From a virus (Duplodnaviria; Caudoviricetes), in the IMG/VR virus record IMGVR_UViG_3300042349_000588, positions 1-34,736 of that record: a stretch of DNA of 34,736 nt. One strand, written 5' to 3'. A model generated the notes under the pieces. That model did not search any database. It saw only the letters and a list, made by a program, of their open reading frames with translations, and was not told the origin of the DNA. Positions 7,500 to 16,777 of this stretch are shown piece by piece; the first letter of the stretch is position 1, and each line of letters opens with the position of its first letter. A program made the translations under genes and the position numbers.

Positions 7500-8885
7500 A
7501 TGGCAGAAAACACAAAAATAGAGTGGGCTCATCACACCTTCAACCCCTGGATCGGTTGCACGAAAGTCAGTCCGGCATGCATGAATTGCTATGCTGAGCG
7601 TGATTTCGATGAGCGGTTTAAGCAGGTCCAATGGGGGCCAAACGGGACGCGAGTCCTGACCGGGATTGAGAACTGGGTTAAGCCATTAAGGTGGAACATG
7701 CTGGCGCAGCGTCGAGGTCAATCGATGACTTACGGTGAGGCTGTTGCAGTCTACGGAAAAGAGCTTCCTAAGTGCGAAAGTCACGAATGGGACAATCGCA
7801 CCAAGGACGAAAACAACGCATGGTTGCGTGAGCATGGAGTCGATCCGCTTCGCAGGCCGAGAGTCTTTTGTGCGTCATTGGCCGATGTGTTCGAAGACTG
7901 GCAAGGGCCGATCGTGGACAACGCAGGAAAGAAACTTGGTGATCACGGTCGTTGTGGCACCAACCCGGTTTCTACATCCATACCATCGGGCAGTGAATCC
8001 TGCGGAAAATGCGGTTCATGGTTTAACGCGCTAACGATGAACGACGTTCGCACTCGGCTATTCTCTTTGATCGATGCGACGCCGAACCTGGACTGGCTGC
8101 TGCTGACTAAAAGACCGGAGAATATTCGATCGATGTATTTATCGCAGCACCTAGACGGCGGCACGACTGGCAGAATACGCGAGTTTATGGACGAATCGGA
8201 ATCCAAAGACGTTAATCCATACTTTCGACGTAACGTTTGGCTCGGAACCTCCGTAGAGAACCAAGAATACGCCGACAAGCGGATACCGGAGTTGCTCAAG
8301 TGCCGAGACCTTTGCCCTGTGCTGTTTCTGAGCTGCGAACCGTTGCTTGGTCCGGTGGATCTGAATGCCGATGGAGGTTGGCTCGTTCCCTGGGAAAAAT
8401 CAGACGGAGTTTGTGGGCCAGATGCCTGGAATGAAATGTTCGTCTGTGCAAACAATCATTCAGCAAAAAGGTATTTGAAATCCGAAAAGCAAGGTCGCAA
8501 TATCTGCTTGCAATCAGGATGCAAAGCAACGGTGTATCCAGCGAAGCCTGGAGTCGACTGGGTTATCGCTGGAGGCGAAAGCGGACCCCAGGCTAGGCCG
8601 ACCGATCCGGATTGGTTTCGGTCGCTCCGCAATCAGTGCCAAGCTGCGGGAGTGCCATTCCTGTTCAAGCAGTGGGGGGAGTGGGTTCCTGGCGATCATG
8701 ATTCGGTGAAGATGTCTGACAACGAAGTCTGTCCGTGGAACGACAAGCCCCGTAGCGATGTCATCGACACGAAGCACCGGGACAACAGCAATACGGTGAT
8801 GTGTCGGGTGGGCAAGGTTCGTGCTGGTCGCGTGCTCGACGGTCTTACTTACGATGGATTTCCAGTACCTTTTCAACAGAGATAA
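7500..8885 (+). CDS. phage Gp37/Gp68 (DUF5131) family protein
   Basis: MAENTKIEWAHHTFNPWIGCTKVSPACMNCYAE, RVFCASLADVF, LLTKRP, LSCEPLLG, DWVIAGGESG, FLFKQWGEW. Confidence 0.92.
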   Translation: MAENTKIEWAHHTFNPWIGCTKVSPACMNCYAERDFDERFKQVQWGPNGTRVLTGIENWVKPLRWNMLAQRRGQSMTYGEAVAVYGKELPKCESHEWDNRTKDENNAWLREHGVDPLRRPRVFCASLADVFEDWQGPIVDNAGKKLGDHGRCGTNPVSTSIPSGSESCGKCGSWFNALTMNDVRTRLFSLIDATPNLDWLLLTKRPENIRSMYLSQHLDGGTTGRIREFMDESESKDVNPYFRRNVWLGTSVENQEYADKRIPELLKCRDLCPVLFLSCEPLLGPVDLNADGGWLVPWEKSDGVCGPDAWNEMFVCANNHSAKRYLKSEKQGRNICLQSGCKATVYPAKPGVDWVIAGGESGPQARPTDPDWFRSLRNQCQAAGVPFLFKQWGEWVPGDHDSVKMSDNEVCPWNDKPRSDVIDTKHRDNSNTVMCRVGKVRAGRVLDGLTYDGFPVPFQQR

Positions 8886-8913
8886 ACCTATGAAACTTTG
8901 ATCCTTAATCGTT

Positions 8914-9414
8914 TTGTTCCTTCGCAGTCGAGGCGGCTTGATCGTTCTGTCGGCGGTGGTCGCTGTGGTCGCCAGGATTCTGCTGTGGCCGTTCACGACA
9001 AGGGACTGGGTTATCGCTGGATTGATCGTCGCACTGTGGCCGACGTTCGAGTACATCGCTCATAGGTGGGTGTTTCACGAATGGAGCTGGACGCCGTTTC
9101 GGAAGACGCATGACCGGCACCACGACGAACCGACGACCGAAACGGGATTGCCTGACTTGTGGGTGATCGTCATGTACTTCGTGAACTCGGTGCTGTTCGC
9201 GTTCGTCACTCCAGGACTCTACACGGCTCATGCTGCGGTCTTGGTGATGCTTTCGGCTTACGAATTTATTCACTTCTCTTGTCATTGTAACTACACGCCA
9301 AAAACGTGGTGGGGATGGTCGGTGCGAACAAATCACTTGCAGCATCACAACTTGCAAAGCGCAGATAGGTACGCAATGTCGCTACCAGTTTTCAGAGCGA
9401 AAGGAAAAAAGTAA
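8914..9414 (+). CDS. fatty acid hydroxylase / sterol desaturase family membrane protein
   Basis: His boxes EYIAHRWVFH, HDRHH, YEFIHFSCH, HLQHH with hydrophobic helices; start uncertain (in-frame ATG 8890 is followed by TGA 8899). Confidence 0.85.
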   Translation: MFLRSRGGLIVLSAVVAVVARILLWPFTTRDWVIAGLIVALWPTFEYIAHRWVFHEWSWTPFRKTHDRHHDEPTTETGLPDLWVIVMYFVNSVLFAFVTPGLYTAHAAVLVMLSAYEFIHFSCHCNYTPKTWWGWSVRTNHLQHHNLQSADRYAMSLPVFRAKGKK

Positions 9415-9416
9415 CG

Positions 9417-9662
9417 ATGATTATTTTCAGGAGGTTACCATCATTCGAGCGTACCAAGCCTCAACTTGCAGTCGGCTGCTGGGTTGTCGAGCTTGCTTGG
9501 ATTGAACGGTGCTGGGAGGGAGCAGGCTGGAATTCTCTTTCCTTCGGAGTGTTCCGCATCGAGCGAGGGGTCGATGAGGGTGAACGAATGCTGACCTCAC
9601 ACACGATTCGAGGGTTCCGGCGAGAGTACCGAATCTGGTTGCCTTGGGTGCGGGTGAAGTAA
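9417..9662 (+). CDS. hypothetical protein
   Basis: tightly packed ORF. Confidence 0.6.
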   Translation: MIIFRRLPSFERTKPQLAVGCWVVELAWIERCWEGAGWNSLSFGVFRIERGVDEGERMLTSHTIRGFRREYRIWLPWVRVK

Positions 9663-9937
9663 TGAGCAAGAACTACGTGATGGCGATCTGCGTCAAATGC
9701 AAAAAGGATTACCGCAGCAACGGAAAAAGCTCATGTTGCCAATATTGCCATCGGAAGGTCGCGTCACCGGATCGATCGGCTGAGCTTGTCGCTCCTCATC
9801 GATGCGGGAAGTGCGGAAGGAAAATCAACACTCGCGAATGCCTTGGGTGCTTGACCCTCGAACGGATAGAATCCGCGAAAAAAGAACCGGAAAAGGTTTC
9901 CGTTGCCGATCCGGTGGCGTTGGAAGATTGTGATTGA
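9662..9937 (+). CDS. small Cys-rich (zinc-finger-like) protein
   Basis: four CxxC pairs; TAATG overlap. Confidence 0.65.
   Translation: MSKNYVMAICVKCKKDYRSNGKSSCCQYCHRKVASPDRSAELVAPHRCGKCGRKINTRECLGCLTLERIESAKKEPEKVSVADPVALEDCD
9896..9921 (+). promoter_or_regulatory. Repeated promoter-like motif, copy 7
   Basis: GTTT-N14-GTGGCGTT in the 3' end of the Cys-rich gene, upstream of ERF. Confidence 0.6.
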
Positions 9938-9984
9938 GTCGCTGGTGCGACGTTGTTTGTTGTCTTTTTTTGGAGTTTGTGAAC

Positions 9985-10824
9985 GTGATCGAAAGTTCTG
10001 AATCCATTGTTGAGCTAGCCGTAGCGCTGGCTAAGTTTCATGCCGAATGTCCGGTAGTGTTCAAGGACAGTTTCAACCCTCAGCTAAAATCAAAGTACGC
10101 TGACCTCGGTGCGATTCTCAAGGAGATCAATCCGATTCTGGCTAAACATGGCCTTTCGGTACTGCAAATCCCCTTCGATGACTTGTCGTTGGCAACAATG
10201 CTGCTTCACAGTTCCGGTCAGTTCATGAGGTCGGTCAGTATGATTCGTCCACAGGATGCGGTTGTGCGTCGAGGTGCGACGGCTGCTGATGATGTTCGTG
10301 CGGTTACTCCGCAGGCATACGGTTCGGCTCTAACGTATCAACGGCGGTACGCGATTGCTGCATTGCTCAGTATTTGCATCGATGATGATGACGACGGAAA
10401 CGCTGGTAGCGCTGGTGGTAAGAAAGGTACGTTCATGGACCAAACAAACCCGGTCCCTGAAAACGCTTTCGATCCAAAGCCGAAGCAGGAATCAAATCCT
10501 GAGCCGAAGAAAACAGAAATGCTTACCGAGACTCGAATCGGTGAGATCCTGACCATGCTGGCCTCTGCAAGCGAATCGCAGATACCAAAGATGGAACAAT
10601 CGCTGAACAACCACGGAATCGCAGGAACGATCACGAAAGACGATTGGGCGATGCTGTCCGCTACAATGCTGTCGCGAATGATAACCGTGGCGTCGAGTCC
10701 GACTGAGCTCGGAAAGGTCACAAGCAAGCTCGCAGCGTACCGATCCAAGGGGCTTGTGTCCGAAGAAGCTTTTGCGAAACTCAACGAATCACTGACAAAG
10801 CGAACCGAAGAATTCAAGGTCTAG
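9985..10824 (+). CDS. ERF family ssDNA-annealing recombinase
   Basis: ELAVALAK, NPQLKSKYADL, PQAYGSALTYQRRYAIAALL...DDDG; GTG start after GGAG. Confidence 0.92.
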   Translation: MIESSESIVELAVALAKFHAECPVVFKDSFNPQLKSKYADLGAILKEINPILAKHGLSVLQIPFDDLSLATMLLHSSGQFMRSVSMIRPQDAVVRRGATAADDVRAVTPQAYGSALTYQRRYAIAALLSICIDDDDDGNAGSAGGKKGTFMDQTNPVPENAFDPKPKQESNPEPKKTEMLTETRIGEILTMLASASESQIPKMEQSLNNHGIAGTITKDDWAMLSATMLSRMITVASSPTELGKVTSKLAAYRSKGLVSEEAFAKLNESLTKRTEEFKV

Positions 10825-10825
10825 G

Positions 10826-11137
10826 ATGTCTGAGCGAACCGTAAAAAATGATTTTGATGTACTGACCGAACTTTGCGCTGGTATCGCGCCAGCTCTTATT
10901 TCGATCGACCCAGGGCAAGAATGGTCGGCAGAAGAGATCGCTGAAATGACTGTCGATATAGCAAAAGCGATTCAACTCGAACTGAAACGGCAAAAGAAAA
11001 ATGAGCGTGAAAACCAACGTGAAAACCAAGCTAGTCACAACAAGCCTGCTGATCCTCGATCCGAGGCTCCAATGCCGGGAATCGGTCCCGGAATCAATCG
11101 TGAAAGAGTACGAAGAATGCTGGAGGGACAAGGTTAA
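10826..11137 (+). CDS. hypothetical protein (3' part overlaps the ParB-like gene)
   Basis: starts right after the ERF stop; first ~60 aa look genuine. Confidence 0.55.
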   Translation: MSERTVKNDFDVLTELCAGIAPALISIDPGQEWSAEEIAEMTVDIAKAIQLELKRQKKNERENQRENQASHNKPADPRSEAPMPGIGPGINRERVRRMLEGQG

Positions 11138-11879
11138 TTTCCCACCCGTACAGGTCTTCGAGGTCGAAGGCGAACTGTACGTGGTCGATGGCTTTTGCCG
11201 AGTGATTTCAGCGTCGAACATTGGCAAGTCTAAAATCCCCGCGACTGTCACGAGGGGGACGTTCAGCGATGCGGTCCGGGCTGCTTGCGGTGCAAACTAT
11301 ACTCACGGCCTGAGGCGCACGAACGCAGACAAGCGCAAGGCGGCGATGATTGCGATTGCACAATTCCCGGACGAGACGACCCGGGCCCTGGCTGAAATGT
11401 GCGGGGTGTCCCATGCCTATATCGGCACCCTGCGAGACGGCGAAAGGAAGATCGAAAAGCTGATCGATCAAGCGGCTGCGGGAGTAGTCCCGGAGCTGAC
11501 CCCTGAGCCAAAGCCCAAGCCGGAGAAGCCACCAGCAAAGCCCGATATGGGGATTCCCGTTTCGGGCTGGAAGTGCTCGGACTGTGCTGGCGAGACTCAA
11601 GTGCTGACCGATGGCGGTTGGGCTTGCTCGGCTTGCTTGTGTCCGGTCGGTGAGACTGCAAAATCAGTCGAAACCAATGAAAAGACTGAGGAACCGCAAG
11701 TTGAAGCCGAACCAATCTTGGAAACGTTTCCAAACTCGACTGATCCGGACCCTGAAAAAATGCCAGCGGTTCACACTGCATGGGGGCGATTTATCCGGGC
11801 CTGTGACGCTGCGAAATGCTCGCCGGTATTCCGGACAGAAATCGAATCGGTCACGAAGAAGCTCCGAGGGCTGCAATGA
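11001..11879 (+). CDS. ParB-like N-terminal domain + HTH protein
   Basis: FPPVQV...YVVDGFCR (GxxR), ANYTHGLRRTNADKRKA, HTH TTRALAEMCGVSHAYIG; C-terminal CxxC...CxxC. Confidence 0.85.
   Translation: MSVKTNVKTKLVTTSLLILDPRLQCRESVPESIVKEYEECWRDKVNFPPVQVFEVEGELYVVDGFCRVISASNIGKSKIPATVTRGTFSDAVRAACGANYTHGLRRTNADKRKAAMIAIAQFPDETTRALAEMCGVSHAYIGTLRDGERKIEKLIDQAAAGVVPELTPEPKPKPEKPPAKPDMGIPVSGWKCSDCAGETQVLTDGGWACSACLCPVGETAKSVETNEKTEEPQVEAEPILETFPNSTDPDPEKMPAVHTAWGRFIRACDAAKCSPVFRTEIESVTKKLRGLQ
11718..11733. promoter_or_regulatory. 16-bp palindrome, copy 4 (inside the ParB-like gene)
   Basis: perfect TTGGAAACGTTTCCAA. Confidence 0.75.
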
Positions 11880-13477
11880 CTACGAATTGGCCGCACCAGG
11901 ACTTGGCGAAGGAACGAATCAGGGATGCCAGAGCGCGAGGCATCAAGTCGGTTATCGCGGCTGCTCCGTGCGGGGCCGGTAAGTCGCGGGTGATGCAACA
12001 GCTAGCGTGTGAGGAAATCGACAACGGTGGATCGGTAAGAATCTATCTTCACCGAACGATGCTCAAAGAGCAATTGTCAGAGACGTTTACGCAAGCCGGT
12101 ATCGATCATGGAATCATGGCGGCTGGTCACGAATACGACGAATCAAAAGCGGTTCAGATTTGCATGACCGATTCGGTGTTCGCTCGGGCGATTCGCAAGT
12201 CGACCTGGGATCTTGGAAACCCATCGCTGGTTCTGTTCGATGAGGCTCACCTGCAAACCAAAAACAAGGCGATATCGATCGTCGAGGGTGGCCAGACTGA
12301 CGGCGGTGCAACTTGGCAGGGCCACAAGGCGCGAGGGGCTTTCGTGCTTGGCATGTCGGCAACTCCGGTCAACTGCGGAACGATGTATGAAGAGCTGATT
12401 GACTTCGGAACGTACTCGGAAATGAGACGGGTGAAGGCTCACTTGCCGGTCAGGGTCTACTCTCCGAGCGAAATCGATTGCTCAGGCTTAAAGCAGGACG
12501 TTGACAACGAATTCAGCTCCAAGCAACTCGAACCGAGGGCCTACAAGATATTTGGCGATGCGTATGCGAACTGGAGGATCTTGAATCGAGACAGTAGGCC
12601 GACGATCCTGTTTGCTCCATCTGTGCCGGCTTCGCGTTGGTTTGCCGAAGAGTGGGCCAAGATGGGTGTCCCGGTCGCTCATATCGACGGCGAGACCTGC
12701 TTACTGCCTCACCGCAGTTCAACCGGATCGATCGTTCTGGAGACCTACGACACGACGGCCGAGACTCGAGCGCAAGTCATGGCGATGAGCAAGTCGGGTG
12801 AAATCAAGGTTCTGATGAACCGATTTATTCTGCGCGAGGCGATCGACATGCCATGGCTGTACCACGGTATTGCGGCGACAGTGTTCGGTGGAATCGCAAC
12901 GTACTTGCAATCGGTCGGACGGATCCAAAGGTATTTTCCGGACTATCAGTACAAGATCCTTCAAGACCACGGCGGGAGCTTCTGGCGACACGGAAGCCCG
13001 AACATGGACAGGGAATGGACGCTTGGATGTACAAACAAAACGATTGCTCAGGGCCGAGCCACACGGATTGCGAAGTCAGACAAGCCGCAGGACGTTGAAG
13101 GGATTTGCTGTCCCAAGTGCAAGGTGTGGCGTCAGTACGGTCAGAGGTGTCCGGGCTGTGGCCATGCTCACGCGCAGAGTGTTCGATCGGTGCAAATGGT
13201 CGGCGGCGAACTGAAACTGATGCGAGGTCTGGTCAACAAGCAGAAGAAAAAGACGGCCAAGAACGCTAATCAGATTTGGGTCTCGGTTCTTTACTCAATG
13301 TCGAGGTCTGACAAGCCGTGCAGTAGTGCGGTTGCAGTCTGGCAGGCGCGATGTGCGAAAGAGGGGGTTTGGGCCAACCCTGCCGAGCTGCGATTCAAAC
13401 CACCGGCTCACGGATCGGTGGACTACCATCGCCGAGTCAGTGATGTGTTTCCCTGGACAAGACCGAGGGTATCATGA
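11876..13477 (+). CDS. SF2 (DEAH-type) helicase with C-terminal Zn ribbon
   Basis: APCGAGKS, LFDEAH, GMSATP, QSVGRIQR, DHGG, CPKC...CPGCG; ATGA overlap. Confidence 0.92.
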   Translation: MTTNWPHQDLAKERIRDARARGIKSVIAAAPCGAGKSRVMQQLACEEIDNGGSVRIYLHRTMLKEQLSETFTQAGIDHGIMAAGHEYDESKAVQICMTDSVFARAIRKSTWDLGNPSLVLFDEAHLQTKNKAISIVEGGQTDGGATWQGHKARGAFVLGMSATPVNCGTMYEELIDFGTYSEMRRVKAHLPVRVYSPSEIDCSGLKQDVDNEFSSKQLEPRAYKIFGDAYANWRILNRDSRPTILFAPSVPASRWFAEEWAKMGVPVAHIDGETCLLPHRSSTGSIVLETYDTTAETRAQVMAMSKSGEIKVLMNRFILREAIDMPWLYHGIAATVFGGIATYLQSVGRIQRYFPDYQYKILQDHGGSFWRHGSPNMDREWTLGCTNKTIAQGRATRIAKSDKPQDVEGICCPKCKVWRQYGQRCPGCGHAHAQSVRSVQMVGGELKLMRGLVNKQKKKTAKNANQIWVSVLYSMSRSDKPCSSAVAVWQARCAKEGVWANPAELRFKPPAHGSVDYHRRVSDVFPWTRPRVS

Positions 13478-14025
13478 GTTGGATGGAATTTACTTCGCGG
13501 AAACAACTCGCAGCATGGTTGCTGTTTAGCGATCAGGGCTTACGGTTCCTGTCCTGGTTTTTCCGCAAGTACTACAAGAGCATCATGAATACCGAGGCTG
13601 GCAACGCAGCTTACGAGTGGATCCGATCGGAAATCATTCGCGAGGAACAGGAGCGAGGCTTGGCGCGACGGATCGTCATCGAGCGATTCCCGGACGGATA
13701 CCTGAAAGTATACGGGGAAAAAACCGACGTTATTTTTATTCATCGGCTTATTGTTCCGAACGACACGGCGTTAGAGCTTGAGGAACGATTGGCTGAGTTG
13801 AACTGTCCGAAACGGGCAAAGGAGACATACGATGGCAGGGTGTTGGCAACGGATTTTTATCAGGGGCGAACCGTGGAGCAGGAAGCCAAACGCAGAGCGA
13901 GGATCGACATTTCAGAAGCGATCGGTCGAGCAGTGCCTAAGACGGATCGAATCAACGCGAAACATCGAGCTGGTGATAACCTCGCTGGAGTTGGTGGAGT
14001 ACCAAGAAACGCCGGGGGTGTTTGA
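13474..14025 (+). CDS. hypothetical protein
   Basis: ATGA overlap, 183 aa. Confidence 0.7.
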   Translation: MSWMEFTSRKQLAAWLLFSDQGLRFLSWFFRKYYKSIMNTEAGNAAYEWIRSEIIREEQERGLARRIVIERFPDGYLKVYGEKTDVIFIHRLIVPNDTALELEERLAELNCPKRAKETYDGRVLATDFYQGRTVEQEAKRRARIDISEAIGRAVPKTDRINAKHRAGDNLAGVGGVPRNAGGV

Positions 14026-14480
14026 TGCGATCTGCAAAGGGTGGGAAGGATCGAACCGAGATTTGCTTAGAGAGCTCATTGCGGCCTTGGGAGCTTGACG
14101 GCTACAGAGCCAAGTTCGAGTACGATGCGATGCGTTCGCTATTCGCTTGCTGCTGGGCCTGTGGCGCGAGTCGCAAGCCAATGGAGTATTACGGGCCGTG
14201 GCTGATCGAACGTGCTCATATCGCGAATAAGCCCCGCAGAGAGGATAGGCGGCTGGTAGTGATGCTCTGCACGATTTGTCACAAGAGCGAGCACGGCGAA
14301 CGGATTGCAGGGTTCGATCGACCGAAGCTGACAGCGGGGCAAATGCTCGCATTGAAACTTGAATGCGACCCTGATTGGTATGACTTGAGGTTTATTCAAA
14401 AACATTCGGTCCGGCTGCTGTATGCCGAGCCGGTCGTCAGTTGGTACGTAGAGGAAAGGATCCGGAACCGTGGTAATTGA
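14025..14480 (+). CDS. HNH-like nuclease
   Basis: CWACG...ERAHI...LCTICH. Confidence 0.65.
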   Translation: MRSAKGGKDRTEICLESSLRPWELDGYRAKFEYDAMRSLFACCWACGASRKPMEYYGPWLIERAHIANKPRREDRRLVVMLCTICHKSEHGERIAGFDRPKLTAGQMLALKLECDPDWYDLRFIQKHSVRLLYAEPVVSWYVEERIRNRGN

Positions 14481-14841
14481 TCTTCCGTGGCCGAAAGGGA
14501 TAACCGCCCACAACGAGGGCCACTGGCGAACCAAGAGCACTCCGGTATCGGATCTTAGGCTGATTGCCAAGATGATCACGCTCGACCAGATTGCTCGGGG
14601 CCAGTCCCCGGTCAAGGGTCCACACGCGATCAACTATCGGTTCTACGTCGAAGACAACAAGAGACGGGACCGAGCCAACATGATCCAAATCTGCAAGGCT
14701 CTGATTGATGGCGTGGTCGATGCCGGTGCGATCGAGGGGGACCACTGGCAAATCTCCTGGATTGGGACGGTCGAGGTCGAGATTCGCAAGGGAAATCCAG
14801 GAGTTCGGCTGGAAATCCTGAGTCGCGCAGAAAAAAGTTGA
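14470..14841 (+). CDS. rusA: RusA family Holliday junction resolvase
   Basis: IDLPWP...N.HW, RRDRANM...KALIDGVVDAGAIEGD. Confidence 0.8.
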   Translation: MVIDLPWPKGITAHNEGHWRTKSTPVSDLRLIAKMITLDQIARGQSPVKGPHAINYRFYVEDNKRRDRANMIQICKALIDGVVDAGAIEGDHWQISWIGTVEVEIRKGNPGVRLEILSRAEKS

Positions 14842-14894
14842 TGAAAAAAATAGCTTAGGCCGCGCCCTGGGGTGCTCGAAATCTGGCCTGGGTG

Positions 14895-14900
14895 TATAAT
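14895..14900 (+). promoter_or_regulatory. possible sigma70 -10 box upstream of the sigma-factor gene
   Basis: perfect TATAAT in the intergenic gap; no convincing -35. Confidence 0.35.
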
Positions 14901-14959
14901 GGATCGTGTGACGGGTCGCTGACCCGATTGTTTCTGAAAAGATTTGAAAGGGCAAAGAA

Positions 14960-15421
14960 ATGCTTGAATCGCTTGATGGTTTGCGTGGCGTGATTCGGTC
15001 CAAAATCCGAGGCGTCGAGGCCAAAATCGATATCGATGATGTGATGCAGGATGCGGCGATTGCGATCCTCACCGGTTACACGGCCGCACCCCGGACCAAA
15101 GCAGTCTGGACGGCAAAATCGGCTCGCCGCAAGTGCTGGCGGGACTCACGACGGGACCACGAACGGTTGGTCAACGGGGGGAACCCGAACCAGGAAATCA
15201 GCCACAACCCGCTCGAGGATTTGATCCGAGGCGAAGAGACGGAGCAACTCGGTCAGGCAATCGGGCAGCTTGACCCGGACACGCTGACGGCAATCCGGAT
15301 GCGGTTCTACGAAGACTTGACGTTCGAGCAGATTGCCAAGGCCTTCGGAGTCTCGAATCCTACCGCGGCGGCGATGGTGAAACGTGGACTCATAGCCCTC
15401 CGAGAAGCTATCGGCGAATAA
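14960..15421 (+). CDS. ECF-like sigma-70 family factor
   Basis: region-2-like DIDDVMQDAAIAIL; region 4 LDPDTLTAIRMRFYEDLTFEQIAKAFGVS...RGLIALRE. Confidence 0.85.
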   Translation: MLESLDGLRGVIRSKIRGVEAKIDIDDVMQDAAIAILTGYTAAPRTKAVWTAKSARRKCWRDSRRDHERLVNGGNPNQEISHNPLEDLIRGEETEQLGQAIGQLDPDTLTAIRMRFYEDLTFEQIAKAFGVSNPTAAAMVKRGLIALREAIGE

Positions 15422-15432
15422 GGAGCTGAGCA

Positions 15433-15690
15433 ATGCGAGTCCAAAAAACGCAGTGCTCAACTTGCATCTACCGTCCGGACTCGCCCCTGGACCTAGCTAA
15501 GCTTGAGGCTGATGTGGCTGACGGGTACGGTGGGTTCAAGGGGCATCGGGTTTGCCATCACAGCGACGATGCTTGCTGTGCTGGGTTCTGGGCCAGACAC
15601 AAGAACGAGTTCCAACTGGGGCAGATTGCGCAGCGGCTCGGGATGGTCGAGTTTGTGGAAGATGACACTTTGAAGGGTAAAACCAAATGA
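15433..15690 (+). CDS. small Cys/His-rich hypothetical protein
   Basis: AAGGAG RBS; CSTCIYR...VCHH..CCAG. Confidence 0.7.
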   Translation: MRVQKTQCSTCIYRPDSPLDLAKLEADVADGYGGFKGHRVCHHSDDACCAGFWARHKNEFQLGQIAQRLGMVEFVEDDTLKGKTK

Positions 15691-16163
15691 CTGATAGCAG
15701 AAAGACTTTTGCGCTGGTTGGATGCTCGAAGAAAAAGCGAGTATCGAAAAATTCATTCAGCGACTTTGTGCCGGCGCGTGAGCTTTACACTTCGGACCTG
15801 TTTCAGAAGCGAGTCGCGCACGTTGAGGGTCGAGGCTTGCCATGGTTCATCCTCAGTGCAAAATCGGGCTGTATCGCTCCGATCACTCCGCTGAGGCTCT
15901 ACGATATCAAGATGGGCGACAAAGCACCAATCGACGTTGCTGCTTGGCACGTTGGCGCGGCTAGTCAGTTCGTCGATCTTCTGTACCACGACTGGGACAT
16001 TCGAGACCTGAAAGAGGTCGAGGTTGAATTACACGCCGGTGCAAACTACTCGAAGCCGCTCGCAGACATTTTGGTTTTGTTGGGTATCAAGGTGATTCTT
16101 CCGGTTCGAGGGATGGGCATCGGTCAGCAACTCAAGCACTACAAGGAATCGGTTTCATCATGA
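15687..16163 (+). CDS. DUF6884-like protein
   Basis: LVGCSKKK, PARELYTSDLF, WFILSAKSG, YD, HAG..Y, GMGIGQQL. Confidence 0.8.
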   Translation: MTDSRKTFALVGCSKKKRVSKNSFSDFVPARELYTSDLFQKRVAHVEGRGLPWFILSAKSGCIAPITPLRLYDIKMGDKAPIDVAAWHVGAASQFVDLLYHDWDIRDLKEVEVELHAGANYSKPLADILVLLGIKVILPVRGMGIGQQLKHYKESVSS

Positions 16164-16324
16164 GAATCCGACAAGCAATCAAGACAATTGCGGGTCTCAA
16201 AGTAATCGATGGCAAGTGGTTCACAAGAACCCGCAAGAATCACTTGAAGCTTGCATGGCATACCTTCTACGTTCGCATGAGACGCAGGAAAAGGCGACTT
16301 GCGAGAGAGGCTGATGAATCATGA
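16160..16324 (+). CDS. small basic hypothetical protein (54 aa; not in the ORF track)
   Basis: MRIRQAIKT...RLAREADES; ATGA overlaps at both ends. Confidence 0.65.
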   Translation: MRIRQAIKTIAGLKVIDGKWFTRTRKNHLKLAWHTFYVRMRRRKRRLAREADES

Positions 16325-16569
16325 GGATGGTCAAGAAATCCTGCCAGCACTGCGGTAAGGAAATCGAGGTCCGGCAGGCTGACGTTGATCGAGGCTGGGG
16401 CAGGCATTGCTCGAAGTCCTGCGCTGCGTTTGGCCGATCGTCGAGGCGTCGCAGGTGTCTCAAGCTTCGCAAGCGATCGAAGCAAGTTGCTGAGGTTAAG
16501 GAAACTAAACGCGAGACTAAAAAAACACACGTGGTCCCTGCTGTTGGCAGAGTGATCGAATTCGAATGA
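16321..16569 (+). CDS. small Zn-finger protein
   Basis: CQHCGKE...RHCSKSC; ends RVIEFE. Confidence 0.7.
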   Translation: MRMVKKSCQHCGKEIEVRQADVDRGWGRHCSKSCAAFGRSSRRRRCLKLRKRSKQVAEVKETKRETKKTHVVPAVGRVIEFE

Positions 16570-16757
16570 TCAGCAAGCAGGGTGAAGCCGTGACCCAACC
16601 GACAGACTGGATCGAAAAACAGACGGCCAAGCTACTGGCAAGGGCGAAGCGTTCCGGGTACTTCCGAGAAGTGATCCAGGACGCAAAGCATTTTGAGTCC
16701 GAAGGGTACGTTTGGGATGTGGCCTTGGCGATAGCTTGCGGCTACTGGTGTTCGTAA
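16566..16757 (+). CDS. hypothetical protein
   Basis: ATGA overlap. Confidence 0.55.
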   Translation: MISKQGEAVTQPTDWIEKQTAKLLARAKRSGYFREVIQDAKHFESEGYVWDVALAIACGYWCS

Positions 16758-16777
16758 ACAAGGAATGAATCGAGATC

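Noticed and set aside
11006-11029. 12-bp tandem duplication CGTGAAAACCAA x2
   Set aside because: Only two copies, in frame at the ParB-like N-terminus; no evidence of an iteron function
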